A stretch of DNA of 64,000 bases from NCBI RefSeq assembly GCF_018350175.1, contig NC_058368.1, positions 153,576,001 through 153,640,000 of the forward strand, read 5' to 3'. This DNA is from Felis catus (lineage: Eukaryota). The notes beneath the pieces are model-generated. The model did no database searches. It was not told the DNA's origin and worked only from the letters and a program-made list of their open reading frames with translations. Both the position numbers and the translations under genes were made by a program. This document shows, in pieces, positions 1-13,735 of this stretch (the first letter of the stretch is position 1; every line of letters begins with the position of its first letter).

Positions 1-706
1 ACAAACATTCAATCTATAGCAAGGTAGAGATAAGTACAGAAGCTTCCTTTCACAAGAGTAGAAGACTCAGCTGGAATTCTCTTCTCTGTAATCCAAAATG
101 AAGATGTGAGGGAGAGTTCGCCCCTGTAACAGTGTCTCTAAATTATAGAATCAAGTACTTAACTTTCATATCTAGAAAGTGGAATCAGGATGGAATATCT
201 TTAAACTTAAATATTAGAGGGAAAGGAATAACTCTTTAAAATTATTATAACAAGTAGTTGTGGGCTTTTTGTCCCTGAAGACCTTGAAAATAGCAAAGTC
301 CTTATACTGCTGAAGGCAAAGGGATGAGCTAGGGAATCCTTTGAGAATTGGTTCTGCCCAGTGATGCTAAGATTGTACACTATTGTGTTGAGATTTACAA
401 GTGTAATGTAAACACTGTAATTGCTTATTATTTTTGCTATTTTAAGTGGCTACCAGTAGAAAAAAATTTGTACTATCTGAATAATCTGGAATTTCTAAAA
501 TTGTTTCATTTTCTTGAATGTTAACAGCCCTATTTTAGTATTTAAATTTAAAACTCTTGAACTTATCCAATCAAGAACCATTGGCCTTTGAATGTAAACT
601 AGAATCCATTTTACCCAATAGTAGCATTGATATTTATATTCTTAAAGAATCATAGTTAGGCTCAGATATGTTGAGGAGTCTCACTTAGAAAAAAAAATAA
701 GGAAGT

Positions 707-937
707 GGGGCGCCTGGGTGGGTGGCTTAGTCGGTGGAGCGTCCAACTTCAGCTCAGGTCATGATCTCGCAGTCTGTGAGTTCCAGCCCCGCGTCGGGCT
801 CTGTGCTGACAGCTCAGAGCCTGGAGCCTGCTTCGGATTCTGTGTCTCCCTCTCTCTCTGTCCCTCCCCTGCTCATGCTCTGTCTCTCTCTCTCTCTCTC
901 TCTCAAAAATAAATAAACTTTAAAAAAAATTAAAAAA
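707..937 (+). mobile_element. Carnivore tRNA-derived SINE (SINEC_Fc-type)
   Basis: GGGGCGCCTGGGTGG head, (CT)n tract, AATAAA/A tail; flanked by similar agaaaaaaaaa..ggaag sequences (probable TSD). Confidence 0.95.
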
Positions 938-1799
938 CAGAAAAAAAAAGGAAGCATCTATGAAAAGAAACAGATTAAAAGCATCTTTGAAAAGCTCATG
1001 TCATTCAGCAAGTCTTAGTTTATTTGAAGAAGCAACTATAAGCTTCAGAAATTCACTCATACTCAGTGACTATGGTGTTATCAGAGAGATAATTGTACAA
1101 GATCTTATTGAGATAGTATCTTTATTGGAAGTTATTAGAGACTTCTCTAGCCTGATTATATGTGTTAAGTCTAACGGTGATTTAACAATTCTAATCCTAG
1201 CACAAGTGAGTGACCAGGACATATCAGCAAGTTCTTAAATCTTTTGAATCATCAAGGGACATTGAAATACGTTTCTCTTGCCACGCCTCTTCTTTTTAGC
1301 AAGAAGAAAATACATTCTATACCAATTAGCCTTAGGTAGGGTTCATCATTGGTTTATTGCATATTTCCCCACTGTTTTTTGATCCTAATTTTACTAGAAA
1401 CGATGGTCCTTAAATAGTAAAACTGTCATTATGTTATATGTGGATTTAGGAAAATCACCAAAATTAACTTGGCTCTGTTAGATTTCAAGCGCTTAGTGAC
1501 TGTATAATGAAAGGCAAGGGAAATTTTGGAAAAAATTAAAAACACACTCAAAACTGATATTGTAATTTCTAAGGCTATAGAATGATACTCTTATGAAATA
1601 CATGATGCTAAAATACTGAAATTGGAAAGAATTGTTAGTAGATTTTTTGAGGTTATTAAAACTATTAAAAATGCAACTAATCAGTTTCAGAGTCGGAAGT
1701 ACTGGTAAAATTGGTATGATGCCAGGAAAAGCATGCTTCTTGTAAAAGTTCTTTTGGTAAAGCAAGTGAAGGGAGGCATTAAGTTTTTAGTATAGAGTC

Positions 1800-1990
1800 T
1801 CAGCCTTTAGTAGGCAAAATAATTACTGGATGCGTTTATACAAGTTAGAGATTTTGGCTTAATTTCCTCCCTCCACCCAGAGTTTCAGATTCTCTAGGTC
1901 TTGGGTGGTTGCTTGGGACTGTGCCTTTTTAAAAACGAAGCATCCTTACATAATCCTAATGCAGGTGGACATGAGACTGCTTTAGTACTA
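1800..1990. mobile_element. Degenerate MER5-like DNA transposon remnant
   Basis: cccagagtttcagattctctaggtcttggg...aatcctaatgcaggtgg resembles the hAT-Charlie MER5 consensus. Confidence 0.5.
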
Positions 1991-2550
1991 TTAAAAGTCA
2001 ATTTCCTGGCCATTTGGATAAATCTCAGTATCATAGTATTTATTAAAAGAATCCAAATTGAAATTAGTATGTGCTGTATTATACCTTTTTATAAGTTCAA
2101 AACAGAGTTGACTTGTACCTGTTAGAAGACAGAATAGTGATTACAATAGTCCTCGTTGCTAGAGGACTGTGAATAGAAAGGCATGAGGGGACCTTCTGCG
2201 TTTGGGGAATATTTTATTTCTTGATAGGTACTGGTAAAATAAGTGTTTTCATTTGTGAGTAGTATGCCTTGTATATGTATGTTACACTTCATTTAAATAG
2301 TAGTTAATTGCCTGAGTGCCTGTAGTCTTTCTTTTGAAAGACAAGTCAATATTTCTGAATAGCTGGGCCACCAACTACTGTCTGTGATAAATTGGATTTA
2401 ATAATAATGCAAACGATAAATTGGAATTTATGTAAATGGATGACTATAAAACTAAGCCTCACTTAAAACAATCTGGTATTACAGTGCCACTGGTATTTTT
2501 TGTTTTAAGCTGAGTATATTTTAAAGAAATCATATAAAGATTCCATAAAT

Positions 2551-3181
2551 GGGGCCCCTGGGTGGCTCAGTCAGTTAAGTGACTGATTTGAGCTCAGGTC
2601 ATGATCTCATGGTTTGTGGGTTTGAACTCTGCATTGGGCTCTGTGCTGACAGCTCAGAGCCTGGAGCCTGCTTTGGATTCTGGGTCTCCCTCTGTCTCTG
2701 CCTCTCCACAACTTGTGCTCTGTTTCTCTCTCTCTCTTTCAAAAATTAAAATAAACTGTTGTGCCCAGAATTCGTGATCCCCAAAGACCACCAGGGAGCC
2801 GAGAGCCTTTATTCGAGCTAGCTCGAGCTCAATCCCCTACGTGCACCGACACAGCGGTGAGATACCGAAGAGAGAGCGAGTTTCCAAAGCACAAAGGTTT
2901 TATAGGGGTCTAGGGGCAGTTGGTGAGGTAATGGCCGTGGCCTCAGCCGATTGGCTGGGGAAGGGTCGGAGTCCTGTTACGCAGGTCACCAGGCGTGTTT
3001 TGATCGGGAAGTTTGAACGGGTGAGCGGGAGGTTACTCAAGGTGAGGAGGCGTGGTCTGAGGTTTCTGTGATTTTCCCGGAAAGGGGCGTGTGGGGGACA
3101 CAGTCACTCAAGGTGGAGGACACAGAACAAGATGGAGTCGGCTGGCGTAGGTCCACTCTTTCATAAACATTAAAAAAAAAA
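2551..3181 (+). mobile_element. SINEC interrupted in its tail by an LTR
   Basis: SINE body 2551-2756; tail resumes 3164-3181; outer TSD aaagattccataaat / aaggattccacaact. Confidence 0.92.
2757..3163 (-). mobile_element. Solo LTR of a gammaretrovirus-like (ERV1) endogenous retrovirus, 407 bp
   Basis: Minus strand starts TGAAAGA and ends ACAACA; TAAAC TSD at 2752-2756 and 3164-3168; CCAAT (2950-2954), TATAAAA (2898-2904) and AATAAA (2808-2813) in U3-R-U5 order; CpG-rich. Confidence 0.92.
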
Positions 3182-3339
3182 GGATTCCACAACTATTGAA
3201 AGTGATGGCCTTGTAAGTGTGTCATTATTTTATTGTTTTTATAGATATTTTTCTTTGTAACATGTGTGATGGTGTGGTTGGTCATTTTGCTTTGATGTGC
3301 ATGCTGTTATGAATTTCTTTGAATTATTTTCTAGTTTCT

Positions 3340-3555
3340 TTAAAAATTTTTTTAACGTTTATTTATTTTTGAGACAGAGAGAGACAGCATGAATGGGGGA
3401 GAGTCAGAGAGAGAGGGAGACACAGAATCTGAAACAGGCTCCAGGCTCTGAGCTGTCAGCACAGAGCCTGATGCGGGGCTCAAACTCATGGACCGCGAGA
3501 TCATGACCTGAGCTGAAGTCCGATGCTTAACCGACTGAGCCACCCAGGCGCCCCT
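3340..3555 (-). mobile_element. SINEC
   Basis: Reverse-complement SINE ending ccacccaggcgcccc. Confidence 0.95.
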
Positions 3556-4659
3556 CTAGTTCCTTTTTATCAGAAAAGGAATTAGAAAGTTTTTATAAAG
3601 TAAAATAGATTGTTTTCTAATCCTTTTTTTCCCCCATTTTCCTTTGTACCTTTAACATGAGAATTGTCTTCCTCATCAAAAATCTGTCGAAGATTTTCAT
3701 CTCTTTAGTCTCTATGATGTCATTTATTTTATTTGTTTACCAATAGACATCACACACAGCTTGATTCTTTTCCTTGTTCAGTGGGACATCCTGAAACCCA
3801 TTCAAGCGGTTTGTTTTTGAACATTTCCACACACTTGTTTCCTTTTAGAGACATGTAGGGAAGGATTGTGGAGATGGCCTGTGGATCCTGTCTTTAGAGC
3901 CATATACCAGAGAAGTTTGGAAATGCAAAGCTGGGGAGCAAGCTGCAATGCTCTGCTTAAAAAAAAAACCATGTAGACTACTAAGAAGTTTGAGTGGAAA
4001 GGGAGTGAAAGGTGAGGCACAATGAAGTAGAAGCCAGAGATGGTTGATTAAAAAGGAAAGCATCACTTAAGTGGGAAAACTGTAGAAGACCAAAATATTA
4101 CCCCTGAAGAAGAGAGAATTAATGAGTACATAATAGCTACTTTGAAATATTTTGTGAATGTTGTGTAGAAGATGCAGTAATTTTTTCTGCCACTCAGAAG
4201 AAGTAATTAGAAACATTGGGTATCAGTTTGAGGTAGAATACTTTTGATCAAATATAAGAAAGTTTTTTCTGGAAATTAGAACCATCCCAGTGTGGGGTTA
4301 GTGCCCCACTGCTGGAAGCAGTAAGACATATTTTAGATTACTAACAGTAAGCAGTGTTGTGGAGGGAGTTACTATTTAGTGAGAGGCTGGACTATATGAC
4401 CTTTGGTGTCCTTTCCATTTCTTGGATTCTGTGATTTGAAGAGGAACAGTAGAGATGTAGTTATAACTTAATTAAAAACAAGGACAGTCACCCCATTCCT
4501 ACACATTCTCACTCTCTCCAGAAAAAGTTAATCGGTCTAAACCACTTATAAGAGGAATCTGATTAATCTCTGTAATTTAATGTTGTATGAATAATATTAT
4601 TCATGGTAGATTATGCAAGATAAAGAGAGAATAAGCAATGACAGGATAAATATATATAT

Positions 4660-4868
4660 ATATTTTTAATGTCTATTTAGTTTTGAGAGATAGAGACAGA
4701 GGGCAAACAGGGTAGGGGAAGAGAGAGAGGGAGACACAAAATCCGAAGCAGGCTCCAGGTTCTGAGCTGTCAGCACAGAGCCCGACGTGGGGCTCGAACT
4801 CACAAACTGCGAGATCATGACTTGAGCTGAGTCAGACCCTTAGCTGACTGTGCCACCCAGGCACCCCA
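4660..4868 (-). mobile_element. SINEC
   Basis: Reverse-complement SINE; TSD aggataaatat on both sides. Confidence 0.93.
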
Positions 4869-6142
4869 GGATAAATATTTTTGATTGAGATATCACAAAT
4901 GGAGGACAATATACTCAACTCTATTGTAATCATGAATATCTTTTTAAACATTTAATTATAAACATAAATTTTCCCTCAAACACACTATGAACTCATGATG
5001 GGCTTCAGTAACTATTTTATTTCAATTTAACAAAATTATTAGCACAAGTGACCCAGTGGTATTAAAAGATATTTTAAAGGAGCTATATAAACTAATTTAA
5101 GATTCAGATTGTTTGAGAGAAAATTTTTTTTCATAAGAATTCATTGGGGATGGTTATTTTTATGTTATTCTGATCACAAAGCATATATTCATTTTCTTTT
5201 GTGTTCGAAATGCTGTATTTGGTGTAGATTTTATTATGCTAGTGGGAATTTTAGTTCTCAATTTGTGTTAAGCAGAGTCTTTACGAAGAGGAAAGCATGA
5301 AATATATCTATAATTGTAAAGACAGTCAGTGGCAACTTGTGGAAGATTTTTCCATTAAGAAGGACCAGTGAAACCCAATAGAGTAAGGGTGTATAAATTT
5401 CTAAGCGATTCCTTTGATTTGATTTGACAAGGAATAAGTATTTGTAAATAAAGCTTGCAGAAATCAAGAAGGCTTATTATTATGACAGTCTTGCCATTAT
5501 TCCTTTTCCCACATGACAGTATTTGAGTTACTAAAATAAATACCAGGGGCTAGGGCTAATCCTAGAAATACTGAGAAACAGGTCATAATTGGTTCAAGCC
5601 CATCCTTCTTCCTCTATTCTTTTCTAGGAGTTAAGAGCCCAATGTCCTAAGTACCTAATGTATAGATAAGCCAGACTTGTGACCCATGCTTTAAACCATT
5701 CCCCAATTATCTTTGGGTTTAGTTTCTCAGAAGACTTCTCTCTGAAACTGAGCTGATAAATTAGTTCATGTGAAGATACTAAGATGTTCCAGTCTCCATT
5801 TCTGGCCTTGCGATAAAATTCGAAAATAGATTGCCTTGTATTGATTCATATATTTCTAGATTTGCAGAGGGGTCATCTTATTTCAAATATTATTTCATAG
5901 ATGAATAACTTGAGGACAGGATACTTAAGTCAACCTAAATAATTCTTCTGATTTTCTTTCAAGACATTGTCTGCTGATAATCAAATCTGTTAGTAGTCAG
6001 ATATGCAAAATGATGCTGTATGTTCACAATAGAGGAAATTGTTTAAAACAAAATCTATTGTTGACTGGAATATGAGGATATAAATATATAGTCATCTACA
6101 ATACTGACAGAAATTTATATTGTTACAGATGTCTTGAAAGTA

Positions 6143-6366
6143 GGGCGCCTGGGTGGCGCAGTCGGTTAAGCGTCCGACTTCAGCCAGGTTACGATCTCGC
6201 GGTCCGTGAGTTCGAGCCCCGCATCAGGCTCTGGGCTGATGGCTCAGAGCCTGGAGCCTGTTTCCGATTCTGTGTCTCCCTCTGTCTCTGCTCCTCCCCC
6301 GTTCATGCTCTGTCTCTCTCTGTCCCAAAAAAATAAATAAACGTTCAAAAAAAAATAAAAAAAAAA
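6143..6366 (+). mobile_element. Young SINEC_Fc
   Basis: gggcgcctgggtggcgcagtcggttaagcgtccgacttcagccagg head with CpGs intact; A tail. Confidence 0.96.
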
Positions 6367-6552
6367 GTAATCTGAAATCTATTAAAAGAAAAATATGTAT
6401 ACCTTTGACATAGTAGTCCCCACTTATAGTGATCTAGCTTATAGAAATGAAAGCTTCAGTATATAAGGATCTAGTAGCTATTTATTGCAGCATTATTTAT
6501 AGTGACAAAAATCTAGAGATAAGTGGAATGTCTTTGGTAGGACAATAGTTAA

Positions 6553-7540
6553 ATTCATTAATTCAACAAATATTAAACACTAACTATGAGCCAGAGCTAC
6601 TTTAGATACTTGGAATATATTAGTGTACAAAACAGTTGAGAGTGAAGCTTACATTATAGGATGGGGGAGAAAAACATAAAAGATCATATCGTGAAATGAG
6701 TATGTGTATAGTATGATTAAATGAGATGGTAGTGATGTAGGTTGACAATTTAAATAGCATCTTATGATTGCCTATTTGTAAAGGTGACATTTTAGCAAGG
6801 AATTGAAAGGAATTATCAGAAAAATAATCCATACAGGTACCTGGGTGGTCCAGTTGGTTGAGCATCCAACTCTTCATTTTGGCTCAGGTCATGATCCCAT
6901 GGTTTGTGAGATTGAGCCCTGCATTGTGCTCTGCACTGATAGTGCAGACCCTCCTTGGGATTTTCTCTCTCCCCTTCTGTCTCTGTCCCTTTCCTGTTTG
7001 CATGCACACTTGCTCTCAAAATAAATAAACAGTAAAAAAAAGAAGAAAAATATTCCAGACAGAGGGATCAAGTTGAGCAAATGCCCCAAGGAAGAAACAT
7101 CTCTGATATGTTTTATGTGAGGAAGTGCTCTGAATAAGGAGGAGAAGACCAGGAGATACATCTGGCTTCACAGTAGATGACACCACCCATGAGACTGGGT
7201 GGTGTTGCCAGTGGAATGAGAAGATCTGAGAACAGGGTCCTAGACTTGCACCTTGGAGCACTCAAATACTAAGAATTTGGGGAGAAGCAAAGGAGACTGA
7301 ATAAGAACAACCAGTGAAGTAGAAGGAAAAGCCAAACTGAAGACGGAAAACTTGGGGAAAAAAGTGAAAATCTAACAAGCGAAGGAATTAATAAATAGGA
7401 TTAAGTGCTATTGATAGAGTAAGTAGGATGGGGACTGAGAATTGATTATTGATGTAATGATGTGGAGGTCATTGGTAACCTAGATGAGAGCAATTTTAGA
7501 AGAGATAAGGGGGCACAAGTGTGATTAGAATGAATCTGTC
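6553..7540 (-). mobile_element. Degenerate L2 LINE fragments, interrupted by a SINE
   Basis: attcattaattcaacaaatatt L2 3' signature followed by purine-rich L2-like sequence. Confidence 0.65.
6835..7050 (+). mobile_element. Older SINEC
   Basis: Diverged tRNA-like head, CT tract, A tail. Confidence 0.9.
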
Positions 7541-7542
7541 TT

Positions 7543-7755
7543 GGGGCGCCTGGGTGGCGCAGTCGGTTAAGCGTCCGACTTCAGCCAGGTCACGATCTCG
7601 CGGTCCGTGAGTTCGAGCCCTGCGTCAGGCTCTGGGCTGATGGCTCAGAGCCTGGAGCCTGTTTCCGATTCTGTGTCTCCCTCTCTCTCTGCCCCTCCCC
7701 CGTTCATGCTCTGTCTCTCTCTGTCCCAAAAATAAATAAATGTTGAAAAAAAAAA
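7543..7755 (+). mobile_element. Young SINEC_Fc with perfect 16-bp TSD
   Basis: TSD agaatgaatctgtctt at 7527-7542 and 7759-7774. Confidence 0.97.
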
Positions 7756-7768
7756 TTGAGAATGAATC

Positions 7769-8850
7769 TGTCTTAGTTAACTTTGGCTGCTATAATGAAA
7801 TAGTATAAACTGGGTGGCTTAAACAACAAACATTTGTTTCTCATAGTTCTGGAGGCTGGAAGTCTGGGTTCAGGGTGCCAGGAAGCTAGGGTTTTTTATG
7901 GGTGCCCTGTTCCTGGTTTATAGATAGCAATCTTGCTGTGTCCTCACACAGCAGAAACAGAGCTAGCTAGGTCTCTGGCTTCTTATAAGGGTACTAATCT
8001 TATTCACAAGGACTCCACCCTCATGATATAATTACATCCCAAATGTTCCACCTTTAGGTATCATTGCTTTGGGATTAGGGTTTCAACATGAATTTGGGGG
8101 GAATACCAATATTCAACCCACTGCATTCCTCCCCTGTACACCACCCCCAGCCAAATATATTTATTCCATCCCAGCAGCTCCAAAGTCTTAACTCATGCCA
8201 GCACCAACTCTAAAGTCTAATGTCCCAAGTCACTTAAATATCTAAACCAAATATGAATGAGACTTGACGTATGATTCATCTTGGAGCAAGTTGCTTTCCA
8301 GCAGTGAACCAAATACGTTACATGCTTGAAAAGTACAATGGTGGGCCAGGCATAGGATAGACAATTCCACTCCATAGGGAGAAATAGGAAAGAAGGAAGG
8401 AGTGATGGGTCCCAAGCAAGTCCAAAGTCTGGCAAGACAAGCTCCAGGAGATTTTAAGTTTTGAGAATAATCCTCTTTGACTTGATGCTTTGCTTTCCAG
8501 ACCCACTGGGGTAGCAGTCATGCTTTTTGGATCCACTACAGTGGAGGTCCTGCCCCAGCAGCTCTGCCAGACAGGGTCCCTAGGCTTCTGCTGACCAGTT
8601 CTTCCTCTACTACTTTGGGTTGGGTCCTGTCCTCATGGCTTTGGGCAGACGTCATCTGGCCTGTTGAGAGTGAGGTAATGGTCCTGCCTTTTCAAAATGA
8701 GGAGGGTCTTGATCTCTGAATTGCCTTCAGGGTCATTCTTCCTTTGTTTTGAAGAATAGGGCCTATGTGCAGCTGAACAGCTCTGTGGTTCTGTCTCATA
8801 CAGTCCGTGAAGTCTGGTAATTTTCATTTCTTCCCATCTCCTTCCCTTTC
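7769..8850 (-). mobile_element. MaLR MLT1A-like LTR (7769-8124) plus adjoining internal sequence
   Basis: tgtcttagtt...ggtggcttaaacaacaaacatt...ctggaggctggaagtc; then MLT/MST-int-like ccaaagtcttaactcat...ggcataggatagaca. Confidence 0.8.
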
Positions 8851-10369
8851 AATTAAACATATCAAGAGATCTATATTTACTAACTTGTAGAGATGTTCAG
8901 GATATATTATGGATGAAAACATGCATGGTTCAGGTCATTAATGATCCTATTTCAATATAAATAATGAAATAAATGAAAAACCCCACCTGGCATTATGTAT
9001 GTGCTTATATATGTAGATACATATTTACATATGTCTGTGAACAAGAAGAAATGGATGAAAGTTGCCACACTGTTAATGCCAGTCACTTGTTATGAGAAGG
9101 GGGGATGATAGAATTAGAACATGGGCAGTGTTGGGAAGGGATGTTGTTTGGCTTTGTCTTTAAACATCTTTGTATTTATCATTTTGCTTGCCTCAAAGAG
9201 CATGCATTAGAGTTAAAATCTGAACTCCATTTACAGAGGTAAATGAAGGTTAAGCCAAACAGTTTAGTGATTATCACAGATTTGAGAAATTATGATCCAG
9301 ATCAAGGAATTACAGCATATAATTGAGAACTTGCAATAAAACTGGACACTAACAAAATGATTCTTATAGAACTGTAAGAAAACAAATAGTCTCATATTTG
9401 TAAATACTCAACCTGAACTGACACCGCAGAAAATGAATACACGGAGTCTTAGGGTTTGCACTTCCTCTGACCAGTTCATCTTGAGACCTCACAAGGAGAA
9501 AGCCACCAATACAAACAAAGCCAGGACAGTTGTAGCCTCTCTTGTCCATGGACTTTGGAGACTGAACCATCACAAAATTACCCATAGAAAGACTCATTTT
9601 TTGAAAGGATTAAAATTGCATATTATTTAAGAATATATTGCCTATCTGTTACTCTTCCTGAGTTCTAATGAGAAAGACCTGCTCAAAATTTCAGGATCTG
9701 TGATTGAAATACATGTCCAGAGCTAAAATAATTTTAGAGAAATGTACCATTTACCTAACTTGGATGGAGAAACCCATTTACATGGGTGTACAATGATCAG
9801 GACTTAGAACTTTTTTTAAGTGCCTCTAGGAGACTGACAGGTAACTGAGTCACAAAGATAGGTTGAAGAAAATAGAGTGGCAGTGTTTGTCATCTTGGAG
9901 CACACATACTCCATTAAGATTTATTTTAACACTTTGAAAGCTAAATCATGCATTATAGACGGGGTAAAATTCTTCTTTTTTTAAAATTTTAATAGGCCCA
10001 TGCGGTGTTTTTAATGGGGTGCTGTTGACATTTTTGGTGGGCATTTCTTCCTTGTAAAGGAACGTCTTACATCTTGCAAGATGGTTATCATTATGCACCC
10101 TCTGCAATTAATTGCACATAGCACCCTACCTCCACCTCCACTCTCCCACCCCTGGATATTACAACAATCACTGTCCTCCACATTTTAGTGTGTCTGCTAG
10201 GAAGAGAGCTCCACTCTGGGCTATGAGCCCAACGTTAGGGTTAGGGAATAGTGTTATATTTTTTAGTAATATGTATTGTTTCAGCTCGACCAAACTCAAA
10301 ATGTTGAACAAGTCATTTAATTTTGCTTTTGCCATTGAGATCTGTGACATTTTGTGACTCATGTCATTA

Positions 10370-10586
10370 AAAATTGTTTTAAATGATTGTTTATTTTTGA
10401 GAGAGACAGAGCACAAGTGGGGGAGGGACAGAGAGAGAGGGAGACACAGAATCTAAAGCAGGCTCCAGGCTCCAGGCTCCAAGCTGTTAGCACAGAGCCT
10501 GATGTGAGGCTCAAACCCACAAACTAGGAGATCATGACCTGAGCCTACGTCGGATGCTCAACCACCTGAGCCACCCAGGCACCCCT
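10370..10586 (-). mobile_element. SINEC with an extra GGCTCCA unit
   Basis: Reverse-complement SINE; ggctcca present three times at 10461-10481. Confidence 0.93.
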
Positions 10587-13194
10587 TGATTCATCTTTGA
10601 AAAGAGACTTTACCTCTTTTTTTGGACAAAAGTCCATTAAAAATGTTAGAGTTTATTCCTTTAGCGAAATATTAATTATGTTTATATATTTCTTATACAT
10701 TTGAAAATGTTCCAGCAATTCATTAAAAGTTGATGGGTTGTCCCCTCAATAGGTACTCAAAAAAAACTTACTGATTAATTTTTTAAAAAGCTAATAAATC
10801 ACAGAACTGTTTAAGGAAAAGGAAGTGAACTAAATCTATGACCTTTCTGGCACAAGCTTCACTCCCATCAACAGAGTTGTACATTTATGGTTCAATATAA
10901 ATAATAAATAACAGTGGGTGACAAACCTAGAGGGAGAAAAAAGCAGGAGGTGAGGCATTCTATAGTCTTGCTGTGCATTATCTTCAACACATTTGTTGCA
11001 TTGTGGTTTTTTGAGGACTAGGCTTCCAGAGTGTTGCTTGCTAATGGATACTAACTAGAAGGTGAGAAATCTCCCTGTCACTTACTATGGTCAGAGAAGG
11101 AAAAGATATTTGTTGAATGGTTAGACACACATCCAGTAGTCGACTGACTGCCTAATACACAATTTATTGGAAAGACTTGAACCTCCCCCACTGGACAGAA
11201 CTTGGTTTCATGCATGTGTTGATACCATTGCTAAACCAAAAAGTAGATGGCAGGAGAGGTATCCTGAGGATAAGGAAAGAGCATACTTTTCCATTCAGCA
11301 AAGACCTGGATTTAAATACCAATTATGTTACACATTTACTTTGGGAAAGATAATATTTCCACGGAGGCTTTCTCATATATTTCTCCCTCATTTCTTAGGA
11401 CAGTCATTGGAGCTAATGTCTGCAGAATGCTCACTTTTTTCCCAGCCTTTCTTTTCTGTGTCTCTTCTCCTTCCATTTCCTTCCTTTTCCTTCAATTTCC
11501 TTCCAAATGTTACATGTTAGATTTCACTGTAATGTGCTGATGTATTCCCATACAAGTAACAAAGTTAACATTGGAACTAGAAATGATTTTCCACATCAGC
11601 CACATATTTTTTTAGCAATATTAAAATAAATACATGGTAGTGTGTCTCAGCTTATAGCAATATGGAAGTGTACTCCTTTCTTAGGAATAGCTCCCTAGAT
11701 TACCTTAATTTCTTAGCATCAGTTTCTTCATGTTGTTGTACACAGTGATATAAGAGGTTTCTCTCTTGAGGAGCTTCTGTAGTGATCATAATAGCTTGTG
11801 CAGGGCCGTGTATAATAACCATTTACAAATAGTAACTTAATGGATCGAATATAAAAAGAAATAGAGGAAACTCAAAACCTTTTCTTTTTTTGAGCCTGCT
11901 ATCCAGATGTTCTGCAAGAAAGAATTCTATTGTTTGTACTTTGCCATGGGGTCCATCAGATATCCTAGAACTCTAGTTCAAAGTATATTATTACCTTCCT
12001 ATTTTTATTACTGGTTTTTGAAGTTTTGGAAATATTTAGCTTTGAGTCCTTTAGTTCATATTAGATCTTGCCAGGCCTGTATTACGCTCTCTAGGGTACC
12101 AGATGAATGTCGAATTACCAGAGTATCTAAAAGGCAATGAAATTCTGATAAAGGAAATTTCCAATCTGCTTCTTTCTATAAAGCAGATGATGACATATAC
12201 ATGTACATATATATTTTGTATATAAATTTTTATACTATATAAAGTTGAGTCAGCTTATTGTCAATAATAATTTTTTTTTAAAGTTATCAAGAGAAAGTCA
12301 GTGTTGTTGAAAGATTTAAGTGGCAAAGAGAAAGTATATAGTACAGGGAGAATGTCCTAGAATATTACCGACTTACGAACATAACGTGTGTGCCAGGAAG
12401 CTCCTTTTTATTAAGAAACACTTATTCCATTTGAAACAGGCATCATATTTTATGTAAAAATATCTGAATATTTTTCTCTAAATTTAGATTGATATTTCAT
12501 ATATTTGAGTTTGATATATATGTGTTTTTGCCCTAAATGATACCATGCATTCTGTCCCTAGTGTCTCTGTATTGATCCAGGATTGGCACGTATAGCATTA
12601 TGAAGTATTGTATTTTAAACTAGGTGCTGATAAGTAATAGTACTTTCTGCAATTGTATGCCTTTTAAAAATAGAATAAACTGTAATTTTACTTTGGTACT
12701 CTTAGCAAATGCATTTTATGTTTTAATTATGAAATATTTGCTGAAATTTAGGGAAACTCTTGATGTTTGGAATCAAGTTGACTTGGAGGGTAGAGGAGAA
12801 ATTTTAATAATTACAGCAAAGGAGATTTTATCCATTTCTAGCAATAAGTTATGCCTATGATAGCGTGCTTGCTGTACCATATCAGGCTAAGGGTGCCATT
12901 CATGAATAAGTTATGCTTTGTTAATTTTTTTCCCCCATGCAGTACTTGCAAGTTTTATAGAAAGATCAAGTAATGTGCCTTTAAAAAAAACATAGACTAT
13001 GAAAAGGGCAAGTTCCAGTACTAGGTGGTATCTATATCTGTATACCAAGCTTTTTAAGCTCTTTGCCATGCTAGGAAAGCAGGATTCCGTTTGTTTTTAT
13101 ATAACAAATTTATTAAGCTTACTTTTAAATATAACAGCTTTACTTATTTTTAAATTTTTTATTTTAAAAACTAATTAATTTTTAATTTTAATTC

Positions 13195-13410
13195 TAACTA
13201 GACTTTATTCTTTAGAGAAGTTTTAGGTTCACAGAAAAATTGAGGGCAGGGCACAGAGATTCCCATGTATCTCCTGCTTCCACACATGCACCTCTTCTTT
13301 CCCCCTTTATCAACATACTCCACAAGAATGGTACATTTACTACCATTGATGAACCTGTATTGACACATTATAATTACCCAAAGACTGTAGTTTACATTAA
13401 GATCCAACCT
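13195..13410 (-). mobile_element. Old L1 (L1MC-like) 3' end
   Basis: agactttattctttagagaagttttaggttcacagaaaaattgag matches the antisense L1MC 3' end. Confidence 0.8.
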
Positions 13411-13499
13411 CAAGTCAGTATATATAGCATTTTTGTAGATTTCAGTGTGCTTGTTACAGAGATCTGATGTTCACCTATATATGTAAACCTGTATATGTA

Positions 13500-13735
13500 T
13501 ATTTTTAAAAATTTCAAATAATGTTTTTTTTTTATTTTTGAGAGAGAGAGAGAGAGACAGAGAGAGACAGAGACAGACAGAGTGTGAGCTAGGGAGGGAC
13601 AGAAAGAGAGACACAGAACCTGAAGCAGGCTACAGGCTCTGAACCTTCAGCACAGAGCCCGATATGGGGCTCGAATTCACGATCATGACCTGAGCCGAAG
13701 TGGGATGCTCAACTGACTGAGACTCCCAGGCAAGC
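13500..13735 (-). mobile_element. SINEC
   Basis: Reverse-complement SINE with (AG)n tract. Confidence 0.9.

Noticed and set aside
707..790. tRNA-like A/B boxes
   Set aside because: SINE heads, not tRNA genes.
718..916. Recurrent ORFs such as MAQSVK.../...GACFGFCVSLSL (also 3352, 18989, 24982, 40359, 43618, 52038)
   Set aside because: Translations of SINEC copies, not a gene family.
2841..3071. 76-aa basic ORF
   Set aside because: Antisense reading of a GC-rich LTR; no sign of coding function.
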